Assembly (NCBI GenBank): GCA_046598695.1
Contig: JBKJHR010000118.1
Span: forward strand, 1 to 31,767
Length of the DNA stretch: 31,767 nt
Direction of reading: 5' to 3'
Source: Candidatus Kapaibacterium sp.
Lineage (GTDB): Bacteria > Bacteroidota > Ignavibacteria > Palsa-1295
The position numbers were made by a program, and so were the translations under genes. The number at the start of each line of letters is the position of its first letter. Positions within the stretch are counted from its first letter, which is position 1. The notes below the pieces were generated by a model. That model was not told the DNA's origin. It saw only the letters and a list, made by a program, of their open reading frames with translations, and searched no databases. Below, piece by piece: positions 9,964 to 18,543 of this stretch.

Positions 9964-10638
9964 ATGAAACTTCGTCCTCTTTTTATCTTTGCTCTTCTTT
10001 TGACTTTATCATCTATCTCATATAGTGCTGATTCGATGCGCTATTATTTCGTATTCTTAAACCCCCCAGTTGAGCTTCTGAAAATAGATGATTCAACCTA
10101 CACCTATATCCAACAAAAGCATTTGCTTGATATGACTCGCTTTTTGCAATCGGGCTTTCTTGTTGCGGCTGGTCCTTTTGAGGGGGGTGGGGGGATGTTT
10201 ATTGTGAAGGCACATTCCGTGAAAGAAGTAAGTGATAGTATGCAAACAGATGAAGCTGTTGTTGCGGGGAGAAGTATTCCGGAGATCCTTCCGATGAATT
10301 TCTATAAAGGAAAACTCTGCGAAGGGGATGGAGAGGATATGCGTTCGTATGAAGCACTGCGGTTGAATAATGTTCGTTTCGGACAAAAAGATATCACCCT
10401 TGAACGTATCAATAGGGAAATAGATGGATGGATCGCCAATACTGAGAAGCAAGGGAAAGTACATTTTGTTTGTACGCTTGGCGATGGTGATATACCCGAA
10501 AGTGTGTTCATTGTTGCCGATGTAGCGGAAAAGCAACGCGTTGTAACCAAACGCTTTATGCCCAAAGAGCCTGGTGCTTTCATTCCTATTATGAAGAATT
10601 TTTATATTGCACATGGTACCTTCTGCGAAACGGAGTAA
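9964..10638 (+). CDS. Exported YciI-like domain protein
   Basis: Signal peptide from ATG 9964 (MKLRPLFIFALLL); QQKHL...LVAAGPF..GGGMFIV..S.....D.AV pattern of YciI. Start revised from the track's 9922. Confidence 0.6.
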   Translation: MKLRPLFIFALLLTLSSISYSADSMRYYFVFLNPPVELLKIDDSTYTYIQQKHLLDMTRFLQSGFLVAAGPFEGGGGMFIVKAHSVKEVSDSMQTDEAVVAGRSIPEILPMNFYKGKLCEGDGEDMRSYEALRLNNVRFGQKDITLERINREIDGWIANTEKQGKVHFVCTLGDGDIPESVFIVADVAEKQRVVTKRFMPKEPGAFIPIMKNFYIAHGTFCETE

Positions 10639-10654
10639 GTATTTTTCCGTTATA
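10627..10654 (+). promoter_or_regulatory. Candidate ECF-sigma promoter 1, before msrB copy 1 and the Kir channel
   Basis: GAAAC(10627-31)-N15-CCGTTATA(10647-54). Confidence 0.7.
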
Positions 10655-10680
10655 GGTATAGAGACTATTATAGAAGCAAT

Positions 10681-11064
10681 ATGAATTTTTCAAAAGAAGA
10701 ACTCCAAACACGCCTTACCCCAATTCAGTATGAGGTAACCCAAGAAAAAGGCACAGAACGTGCTTTTACGGGGGAGTATTGGGATCATCACGAGCATGGG
10801 ATGTATCATTGCATCGTCTGTGACACGCCCCTTTTTGCCTCAGAAACAAAGTTTGAATCCGGTTGTGGTTGGCCCAGTTTTTATCAACCGACAGAGGCTG
10901 TCGTTGTCAAAGAATCCTCCGATCATAAATTTGGAATGATGCGTACAGAAATAACATGTGCTACCTGTGACTCACATTTAGGTCATGTCTTTGAAGATGG
11001 ACCTGCACCGACTGGTTTGCGATATTGTATAAATTCAGCATCATTGATTTTTCATGGCAACTGA
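10681..11064 (+). CDS. msrB: Peptide-methionine (R)-S-oxide reductase, cytoplasmic
   Basis: [16 protein letters not shown] zinc pairs, [28 protein letters not shown]. Confidence 0.97.
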   Translation: MNFSKEELQTRLTPIQYEVTQEKGTERAFTGEYWDHHEHGMYHCIVCDTPLFASETKFESGCGWPSFYQPTEAVVVKESSDHKFGMMRTEITCATCDSHLGHVFEDGPAPTGLRYCINSASLIFHGN

Positions 11065-12058
11065 AACAAAGCAAACCTTAAAAGCTTGGAAGCGCGGCTT
11101 ACGTGTAAAGCTTACCCCTCATCCCGAACAAGCGGCAGAGCTTGGGTTTGGCTCACGTGCTGTTTCGAGAGGTGAGAGGTTAGTGAATTCCGACGGCACA
11201 CCGAATGTACGTCGCAAGGGTGATGCACGAACATTGTTTTCTGATGCATATCATACAACGATCTCGCTTACGTGGCCCAAGTTTTTTATTATTCTCTTAA
11301 GCACATTCATCGTCCTCAATATATTCTTCGGCATCGTCTATTATATAATAGGGACTGAGCATCTTTCGGGGGTGATCGGTGAAACGTCGATGGAAAAATT
11401 CTCTGAAGCTTTCTTCTTTAGCTCGCAAACGCTAACGACACTTGGCTATGGGCGCATTAGTCCTGTGGGTTTTTTATCAAGTTCTGTTGCTGCCATTGAA
11501 TCCACTCTTGGTTTATTGGCATTTGCGCTTTCGACGAGCCTTCTTTGGGGTAGATTTTCTCGTCCAACAGCGAAGTTGCTTTATTCCGATCGTGCTCTCA
11601 TCGCTCCATTCCATGACGGAAAAGCATTGATGGTACGCCTTGTCAATGGCAGACGCAATCATCTTATCGAGATCGAAGCGAGAATGGTTGCTGCTCGAAA
11701 TGAAGTCATTGATGGGACAAAGGTCAGAAAATTTTACAACCTTCCACTTGAGCTTGACAAAGTAAACTTCCTTGCGCTGAGTTGGACACTTGTTCATCCC
11801 ATTGACGATGCGAGTGTATTTTTGGATATGACGCAAGATCAGATTCAGCAAGCAGATTACGAAATCCTTGTGATGATGAAAGCATACGATGAGATGTACT
11901 CCCAAATGATCTATTCTCGTACATCGTATAAAGCCGATCAAGTTATCTTCGGTGCGAAGTTCATCTCCATGATGAGCAATGAGAATATCGGAGGTACGGT
12001 GCTTGATCTACGCAAGCTCCACTCATTCGAGGTAACAGAGTTTGCGGAGAAACTCTAA
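11054..12058 (+). CDS. Inward-rectifier (KirBac-like) potassium channel
   Basis: Two TM helices around filter TLTTLGYG; cytoplasmic domain [13 protein letters not shown] and RTSY; overlaps the msrB stop by 11 nt. Confidence 0.92.
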   Translation: MATETKQTLKAWKRGLRVKLTPHPEQAAELGFGSRAVSRGERLVNSDGTPNVRRKGDARTLFSDAYHTTISLTWPKFFIILLSTFIVLNIFFGIVYYIIGTEHLSGVIGETSMEKFSEAFFFSSQTLTTLGYGRISPVGFLSSSVAAIESTLGLLAFALSTSLLWGRFSRPTAKLLYSDRALIAPFHDGKALMVRLVNGRRNHLIEIEARMVAARNEVIDGTKVRKFYNLPLELDKVNFLALSWTLVHPIDDASVFLDMTQDQIQQADYEILVMMKAYDEMYSQMIYSRTSYKADQVIFGAKFISMMSNENIGGTVLDLRKLHSFEVTEFAEKL

Positions 12059-12076
12059 AGAGATACATCCGTTATA
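12049..12076 (+). promoter_or_regulatory. Candidate ECF-sigma promoter 2, before msrB copy 2
   Basis: GAAAC(12049-53)-N15-CCGTTATA(12069-76). Confidence 0.7.
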
Positions 12077-12118
12077 CAAAAATCTGCGTATTAGAAATAG
12101 AACGTTTACTTGCATAAT

Positions 12119-12607
12119 ATGAATACCAAAGTACAAACACTACTCCTTATCCTTGCTCTTTTCGTTACGTCATCATGTACACAGGCGAAGACGGAAAGCA
12201 CCGAGCAAAAAGCAAAAAGCTTCCGCGTCCAAAAGACTGCCGCTGAATGGCGCAAGCAATTATCACCCGAAGCATACGAAGTAACCCGTGAGAAGGGCAC
12301 AGAACGTGCATTCACGGGTAAGTATTGGGATAACCACGAAGAGGGAAAATACTATTGTGCATGTTGTGATTGGCTTCTCTTTGATTCGAAAACGAAGTTT
12401 GAATCAGGCACTGGCTGGCCTAGTTTTTATCAACCGTCTTCCAAATCGCAAGTTATAGAAATTACCGATAAGACACTCGGCATGTCACGCACTGAGGTCG
12501 AATGCTCCAATTGTGGCGCACATTTGGGACACGTTTTCGATGATGGTCCTAAACCGACAGGCTTGAGGTACTGCATTAATTCAGTTGCGATCAACTTCAA
12601 GAAGTAA
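12119..12607 (+). CDS. msrB: Peptide-methionine (R)-S-oxide reductase, exported or lipoprotein form
   Basis: Signal/lipobox-like [11 protein letters not shown]; [40 protein letters not shown] 12119 preferred over TTG 12110. Confidence 0.95.
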   Translation: MNTKVQTLLLILALFVTSSCTQAKTESTEQKAKSFRVQKTAAEWRKQLSPEAYEVTREKGTERAFTGKYWDNHEEGKYYCACCDWLLFDSKTKFESGTGWPSFYQPSSKSQVIEITDKTLGMSRTEVECSNCGAHLGHVFDDGPKPTGLRYCINSVAINFKK

Positions 12608-12623
12608 AAAAGCATTTTTTGAC

Positions 12624-12650
12624 GAAACTATGAAGGGGAAATACCGTTAT
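12624..12650 (+). promoter_or_regulatory. Candidate ECF-sigma promoter 3, before the M42 peptidase
   Basis: GAAAC(12624-28)-N15-CCGTTAT(12644-50). Confidence 0.7.
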
Positions 12651-12658
12651 TTCCCCTT
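12633..12658 (+). terminator. Hairpin after msrB copy 2, overlapping candidate promoter 3
   Basis: aaggggaaata-ccgt-tatttcccctt. Confidence 0.6.
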
Positions 12659-12673
12659 TACTATTTTAAACTC

Positions 12674-13747
12674 ATGACACAGACCCAAGAGCAATTTCTA
12701 CAAAAGCTGATCGAAACACCGGGCGTATCAAATTACGAAGAGAACGTCCAGCAACTCTTCCGTGATGAGGTGAAGAACTCCGTTGATTCCATCGAAGTAA
12801 CTCCGCATGGTAATAACATTGCGACCATTAAAGGTAGTGAAGATATTTCCGTCCTTATCGTTGGTCACGCTGACGAGATCGGACTTATCATTCGTTATAT
12901 AAGTAGTGAAGGGTTTATTTATGTCTCACGCGTCGGTGGAGTTGATCCTGCGATCCTTCCATCGCATCGTGTTCGTATTTTCTCATCGAAGACGGGTAGC
13001 GTGGTAACTGGAGTTGTTGGGCGCACCGCACCGCATCAAATGCGTGGCGAAGATGGAGGTCCCAAAAAGATCACTTACTCAGACATTTGGATCGATATTG
13101 GTGCGAAAGATAAAGAAGACGCAGAGAAATATGTTGCCATTGGCGATGTCGCTATTTATGGAGAAGGTTATGAACGCCTCATAGATACGAAGGCAACAGC
13201 GCGTTGCTTCGATAATCGTATTGGTGTATATATTGTAGCTGAAGTATTAAAGAATATTGCGGCACGCAAAAGTGAATTGAAAGCGACCGTGTATGGAGTG
13301 AGCTCTGCACAAGAAGAAACAGGTGTATGGGGTGCGGGACAAGCGGGGTATCATGTGAACCCGACGCTTGCTATTGCACTTGATGTTACTCCGTCGACAG
13401 ACTCTCCCGGTATCTCCAAAGAACTCTGGGGACAAGTTGATGTATCGAAGGGTGCAGTTATCTCTCGCGGTATTCGTAATAATCGTAAGATCAGCGACAT
13501 GATGACGAAGGTTGCTGTTGAGAAAAATATCCCTCATCAAATAGAAGTAGATAATGGTCACACATCAACCGATGCAGACCCCATCAGTCAACAACGTTCA
13601 GGCATTCCTATAAATGTACTTAGCCCTGCAACACGCTATCTGCATTCATCAGTAGAAGTACTTGACCTTAATGATATTGATAACTGCGTAAATCTCCTAA
13701 CGGAGTTCATTTTGCAATTGAAAGGTGGAATGGATTTTCGGCAGTAA
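12674..13747 (+). CDS. M42 family (TET-like) metallopeptidase
   Basis: GHADEIG, CFDNRIG, QEETG, IALDVT, RYLHSSVE metal-ligand motifs. Confidence 0.94.
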   Translation: MTQTQEQFLQKLIETPGVSNYEENVQQLFRDEVKNSVDSIEVTPHGNNIATIKGSEDISVLIVGHADEIGLIIRYISSEGFIYVSRVGGVDPAILPSHRVRIFSSKTGSVVTGVVGRTAPHQMRGEDGGPKKITYSDIWIDIGAKDKEDAEKYVAIGDVAIYGEGYERLIDTKATARCFDNRIGVYIVAEVLKNIAARKSELKATVYGVSSAQEETGVWGAGQAGYHVNPTLAIALDVTPSTDSPGISKELWGQVDVSKGAVISRGIRNNRKISDMMTKVAVEKNIPHQIEVDNGHTSTDADPISQQRSGIPINVLSPATRYLHSSVEVLDLNDIDNCVNLLTEFILQLKGGMDFRQ

Positions 13748-13769
13748 CTGATATTTTGAGATGAATTAC

Positions 13770-13796
13770 AAAGCCCGCTTGATACAAGCGGGCTTT
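13770..13796. terminator. Bidirectional intrinsic terminator between convergent genes
   Basis: aaagcccgcttg-ata-caagcgggcttt with T-rich flank. Confidence 0.85.
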
Positions 13797-13821
13797 TGTT
13801 TTATAAAATATTTTGTCAAAG

Positions 13822-14367
13822 CTATTTCCCTTCATCTATCAAATAGATCCTATTATCTTCCACCTTATAGTGCATTGGTACCACTGTTACAAGAGGATAG
13901 ACGGTGCGTAGGCGTTCGGCTTCACTCGCGGCGAACTCAATTTCATTACCGATCTCATGGAGGTGGGCATGTGTATCAAATTGTTTTTCGGCATCAGCAC
14001 GATTCCATCCAGCGCATTCTATAAGTCCGGTAATAAATTGTTCTTTTCTCTCTTCGAGGTGTACCATGCCACAATTATTGTGTCCAACGATAGCGATATG
14101 CCGCAACCTTCCGAGCGCTATCGCATAGGAAACTCTGAACTCACTGTATCGCAAGTTCGCGCCGCCCGTGCGAATAATGTAAGCAAAATTTTCAGGGATC
14201 GTAAGATGCTTCCTGCTATCCATACACATTCCTATCAGTAATTGACCGTTGGAGTATGTATCGAAGGGTCTGCCCAAATTATGATACTCCAAAAATAAAC
14301 CTACCGGGGTACCTCGGTGCTCGATCGGAATATCCTCGGCCTTTGATATTTCAATAAGAGAGTGCAT
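13822..14367 (-). CDS. Beta-class carbonic anhydrase family protein
   Basis: Zinc ligands C-x-D-x-R (MCMDSR) and H-x-x-C (GHNNCGM); RTGG motif. Confidence 0.85.
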   Translation of the reverse strand: MHSLIEISKAEDIPIEHRGTPVGLFLEYHNLGRPFDTYSNGQLLIGMCMDSRKHLTIPENFAYIIRTGGANLRYSEFRVSYAIALGRLRHIAIVGHNNCGMVHLEERKEQFITGLIECAGWNRADAEKQFDTHAHLHEIGNEIEFAASEAERLRTVYPLVTVVPMHYKVEDNRIYLIDEGK

Positions 14368-14370
14368 GTA

Positions 14371-16395
14371 TTAATAGTGAAGAAGACGTTCTATAGCTTG
14401 CTTAATTTTTGAAACATTCGGAACTGCCGCTTCCATTAACCCTACATTATATGGAATAGGAACATCTATCGTGGATAGACGCTCGACAGGTGCATCGAGA
14501 TACTCGAAGCATTCTTGTGAGATAACACTTGTGATCTCGGCAGCGAAATTCGCTGTCCAATTATCTTCGCAAACAACGAGTGCTCGGCTCGTCTTTCTTA
14601 TTGATGCAAGAACTGCTTCCTTATCCCACGGCATGATCGTGCGAAGATCGATGACTTCAATGGCATCAGGCAAATTCAGAGCTTCGGCAGCTTGCAACGC
14701 TCTATCAACCATTGCTCCCCATGCAACAACCGTTACTTTATTTCCTTCACGCGCTACTCTCGCCTTCCCGAATTCTACCATGTACTCATCACCAGGATAG
14801 GCAGTGCGGGCTTGCGGAGTATCGAGCAATGCGCGATGCTCGAAGAAGAACGTTGGGTCATCGCCGCGAAGAGCAGTGCGAAGTAAACCAACAGCATCTT
14901 CCGCATTTGAAGGATAAGCAATGCGCCAACCTATTTGATGTGCGAATACTGATTCAGCACTTACTGAATGCCAAGGGTCACCGGTTTTCTTTCCGAAACC
15001 AACCGGAATACGCACAACCATCGGTGCGGCGAATTGCGAACGTGTGCGCCAACGCGAAGTACCGAGATCGTTGATCTGCTCAGTCGCTGGGTCAGCATAT
15101 TTACGGAATTGAATTTCTGGCACAGGCATAAGTCCATTATATGCCATACCAACGGCGCGTCCGATAATGCCTTCTTCTGAAAGTGATGTATCAAAAACGC
15201 GATCTTTCCCGAATTTCACTTGCAGATCAACCGTCGCACCATGCACACCGCCCTTTGCGCCGACATCCTCACCGAAGATAAGGAGTTTATCATTATGCGC
15301 AAGCTCCACCTCCAATGTTTTGCGAACAGCATCTTGCATATTCATGCGGATGCCCTCTTCTTTCGTGGAGTTGATCGCAATCTCTTTTACTGAGAAGACA
15401 TGTTCGGCAACCGTTGCGGGGTCAGGATCGGGAGAAGCGAGTGCTTTATCACGTGCCGCAGCTACTTCTTCTTTCACTTCCGCAACCATCTTATCCCATT
15501 CTTTTTGCGAAAGTAGATTCTTCGTTACATACTTTTGTAATTTCGGAAGTGGATCGTTCGCGTTTTCTTCCTTTAAGAGGTCTGAAGATTTATAACTTTG
15601 TGTATCAACGAATGAATGACCCGAGAGGCGAGGTATCTTCATTCTGATAAGTGCGGGTCCATTCCATTCGCGCACATAACTCACGGCATCATTGATATTC
15701 TTCCCTGCAATTTCCGGATCGGTACCATCGCAATCATAAATTTTCAGATTGGTAAATGATGCAAGATTCTTCGCGATGTTTTGTCCGGGCGTTTGGAAAT
15801 CGCTCGTGACGGAAATGCCGTAGCCGTTATCTTCGATGAAGAAAAGAAGCGGGAGCTTCTGCGTTGTTGCGACATTCAGCGCAGCCCAAAATCCATTCGA
15901 TGCTGTCGAGCCATCGCCGCCGAGTGCTACAGCTATCGCCCCTTTGCGAGTGTTGTCACCAAGCGCGTTGACATAATACGTCAACGATTGTGCCCAACCG
16001 ATCGCGGGGGAATACTGCGCACCGACATCACCCGAAGCGGGAAGCACCGTGCCTTTGCCGCGCGGACGCAAGAAATGCACAACGCCAATATCGCGTCCGC
16101 CATGTATGCCTCCGGAACGCGCCATCGAAGCAGCCATTGACTCTTCAGGCGTAAGTCCCTGACCAAGAACGAACGGACGCGAGCGATAATATACCGTTGC
16201 GCCGTCATGCGGATGCGAGATCAGATCGGAGAGGATGGATTGGATCATATCATGCCCGCGAGCGGAGAATTGATACGTCACAAGACCCTTCGGGACAAGC
16301 TCCGTCTCCTCGATCGTATCTATTGCCCGCGAGGTCAGGACGTTTCGCGCAACGCTTACCCAATTGATCCCTTGCGATGTTTTTTTCTTAGCCAT
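14371..16395 (-). CDS. 2-oxoacid dehydrogenase E1, fused alpha+beta (branched-chain type likely)
   Basis: TPP motif GDGSTASNGFWAALN...EDNGY; GEDVG..GGV; RVFDTSLSEEGIIG; EVIDLRTIMPWD. Confidence 0.93.
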   Translation of the reverse strand: MAKKKTSQGINWVSVARNVLTSRAIDTIEETELVPKGLVTYQFSARGHDMIQSILSDLISHPHDGATVYYRSRPFVLGQGLTPEESMAASMARSGGIHGGRDIGVVHFLRPRGKGTVLPASGDVGAQYSPAIGWAQSLTYYVNALGDNTRKGAIAVALGGDGSTASNGFWAALNVATTQKLPLLFFIEDNGYGISVTSDFQTPGQNIAKNLASFTNLKIYDCDGTDPEIAGKNINDAVSYVREWNGPALIRMKIPRLSGHSFVDTQSYKSSDLLKEENANDPLPKLQKYVTKNLLSQKEWDKMVAEVKEEVAAARDKALASPDPDPATVAEHVFSVKEIAINSTKEEGIRMNMQDAVRKTLEVELAHNDKLLIFGEDVGAKGGVHGATVDLQVKFGKDRVFDTSLSEEGIIGRAVGMAYNGLMPVPEIQFRKYADPATEQINDLGTSRWRTRSQFAAPMVVRIPVGFGKKTGDPWHSVSAESVFAHQIGWRIAYPSNAEDAVGLLRTALRGDDPTFFFEHRALLDTPQARTAYPGDEYMVEFGKARVAREGNKVTVVAWGAMVDRALQAAEALNLPDAIEVIDLRTIMPWDKEAVLASIRKTSRALVVCEDNWTANFAAEITSVISQECFEYLDAPVERLSTIDVPIPYNVGLMEAAVPNVSKIKQAIERLLHY

Positions 16396-16632
16396 GAATA
16401 CTCGTTTTAGCAGTATGAGACGGATGCAAACAAAACTTCTTACTCGGATAATTTCACTTAAAAAACCTCAGGTCGGATCGAAAATGGCGACCTTCCGGGT
16501 TGACAATTATGAACGTAATTTTTAGCTTGGGGAAGAACATTTCTTGTGGAAATTGGTTATATTTGTGTTGGAAGAATCGAAGTCTTACGCTTTTTGGGTT
16601 AGATCTTTATATCAGTTATAGAAAGAACGAAT

Positions 16633-17691
16633 ATGAAAATATTTACTAAGAATGCGAAATGGTTTTTATCATTCGCTATTGTTGCCCTGTTTGCAACGGG
16701 CACATTCACAGGCTGCGAGAACCAAGACAGTTCAGCGCCGACTCAATCACAACAAACATTCAACCTTCCGACCTCAGCCAATCCGCGCGCTGCTAACGGA
16801 GCGGATCTGGGGCAGGCGATCGCCACGCAGAACCGTCATAACGACGAGATCCTTGCAATTGATGGCGTGATCGGAACCGGCGCTGGCGTTAATGAAGATG
16901 GTACTCCTGCTGTGTATATATTTACAGAAAGACATGGCGTTTCAGGTATTCCCGCTTCGGTCGAAGGAATTCGTACACACATTGAACATGTCGGTACTGT
17001 CAAAGCTCGTCAAGTGTATACAGGCGCATATCGCAATCCGACATGGAGTGGAGTAAGTATTGGTAACGATAATGAGTGCGCTGCAGGGACGCTCGGATGT
17101 GTGGTGACAAAGAATGGAAAGAATTACATTCTCAGCAATAATCATGTCCTTGCCAGAGAGAATAAAGCTGTGATCGGCGAAAAGATTGATCAACCTGGAA
17201 GATATGAGTTGAATTGTAATCCGGGCGTACCAATTGCATCGTTGAGCGAATTCACAACGATCATCATGAAACGCAACGCCAACAATGTTATTGATGCGGG
17301 CATCGCTGAACTCAGTATTACCGGTTTCACAAGTCAGATGGCAATTGCATCCTATTTCCCTGCTATTGCGCCGATAGCCGCTACGGTGGGCATGCCCGTC
17401 AAAAAGACTGGGCGGACGACAGGGTTGACGAGAGGAACTGTGCAAGCGATCAATGTAACGATCACTGTTCAATATAGCAGAGGATCGGCACGATTTATCA
17501 AGCAGATCTATGTAACTCCTGGCAACTTTAGCGGCGCTGGAGATTCCGGTTCACTTATTGTTGAAGATCCGTCATCGGGAATAACGTATAGCCCAGTCGG
17601 TTTGTTATTTGCTGGTAGCTCATCGGGTACGTTCGCAAATCCGATTCAGGATGTTCTCGGCGCATTTAGTGTGACGATCGTTCCAAACTAA
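16633..17691 (+). CDS. Lipoprotein trypsin-like (clan PA, Nal1-like) serine protease with N-terminal pro-like domain
   Basis: Lipobox TFTGC; triad LSNNHVLA / IDAGIAE / GDSGS; KTGRTTGLTRGTV; VGLLFAG. Confidence 0.85.
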   Translation: MKIFTKNAKWFLSFAIVALFATGTFTGCENQDSSAPTQSQQTFNLPTSANPRAANGADLGQAIATQNRHNDEILAIDGVIGTGAGVNEDGTPAVYIFTERHGVSGIPASVEGIRTHIEHVGTVKARQVYTGAYRNPTWSGVSIGNDNECAAGTLGCVVTKNGKNYILSNNHVLARENKAVIGEKIDQPGRYELNCNPGVPIASLSEFTTIIMKRNANNVIDAGIAELSITGFTSQMAIASYFPAIAPIAATVGMPVKKTGRTTGLTRGTVQAINVTITVQYSRGSARFIKQIYVTPGNFSGAGDSGSLIVEDPSSGITYSPVGLLFAGSSSGTFANPIQDVLGAFSVTIVPN

Positions 17692-17708
17692 TTTTTGTGA
17701 GACATAGT

Positions 17709-17737
17709 GTGGCGCTTCACAAGTTGTGCTGCGCCAC
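17709..17737 (+). other. Intergenic stem-loop after the protease gene
   Basis: gtggcgc-tt-cacaa-g-ttgtg-ct-gcgccac. Confidence 0.5.
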
Positions 17738-17763
17738 CTATCTCCGCTTAATTGGAAACCTCC

Positions 17764-18087
17764 ATGATTCGATGTAGCACACTCGTTATATGCATCATTT
17801 TTTTCGGCATGACGTTGTCGCATAGCACACTTTCCCTTGCGCAAAAGCATACCAGTCCCAAACTTTTGCATCCTAAGATGACAATCACACAAGTCCTCGA
17901 AAAACATACCGACAAATGGATGAGGATTCCTGGCGTCACCGGCACAGGTGAAGGAATGTCCGATGGAAAGCCATGTATTATCGTTTTTATTCACAAGACA
18001 TCCGCAACGATCAAAAAGAAAATTCCGAAAATGGTTGGCGGATATACTGTAATTCTCGAGGTGACAGGTGAAATCAAAGCTCAATAA
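17764..18087 (+). CDS. Small exported protein homologous to the protease N-terminal domain
   Basis: Signal-like MIRCSTLVICIIFFGMTLSHSTLSLA; HTDKWMRIPGVTGTGEGMSDGKP...IPKMVGG...TGEIKA aligns to the upstream protein. ATG 17764 preferred over TTG 17752. Confidence 0.8.
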   Translation: MIRCSTLVICIIFFGMTLSHSTLSLAQKHTSPKLLHPKMTITQVLEKHTDKWMRIPGVTGTGEGMSDGKPCIIVFIHKTSATIKKKIPKMVGGYTVILEVTGEIKAQ

Positions 18088-18525
18088 ATGATTTTTGTAA
18101 ATTCCAGAAAACTTCTCATCGGTATACTTTCTCTCCTTTTTCTTGCTTCGTGCGGGCAGACGCTTTATACCTATCGGCTTCCGAGCGAGAAGGAGAAAAA
18201 GCAGTATGCTGTTGATTCGTTAAAGTGGGTCTTTGAGTCATCAATCGTGAAGTCTATTCCTGTTGTCGGCAATGACGGAAAAATGTTGCGCTTGGCTGTG
18301 ACACCGAAAACGAAGGTTGAGATCCGCACGTCCTATAACGATCTCTATCGTTTCTATCTTCAATCCATTATCGTCTCCGGCGGCGAAGCACTTATCGGCA
18401 GCGGCGACTCGTGGACAGGTTACGACCTCATCCAGCATGCCGAACGCACGATCCTCTCCCGCGAGATCACCAGCCTTTCTATCCTGAGCGACGAAAAAGC
18501 CTACGTACCGATAAGTATGCGATAA
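18088..18525 (+). CDS. Hypothetical lipoprotein
   Basis: Lipobox LFLASC; starts immediately after the upstream TAA. Confidence 0.75.
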   Translation: MIFVNSRKLLIGILSLLFLASCGQTLYTYRLPSEKEKKQYAVDSLKWVFESSIVKSIPVVGNDGKMLRLAVTPKTKVEIRTSYNDLYRFYLQSIIVSGGEALIGSGDSWTGYDLIQHAERTILSREITSLSILSDEKAYVPISMR

Positions 18526-18543
18526 TTGTATAAAAGCACGCTC

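Noticed and set aside
10681-12607. Selenocysteine recoding in the MsrB genes
   Set aside because: Both have ordinary Cys codons in RYCINS and no in-frame TGA
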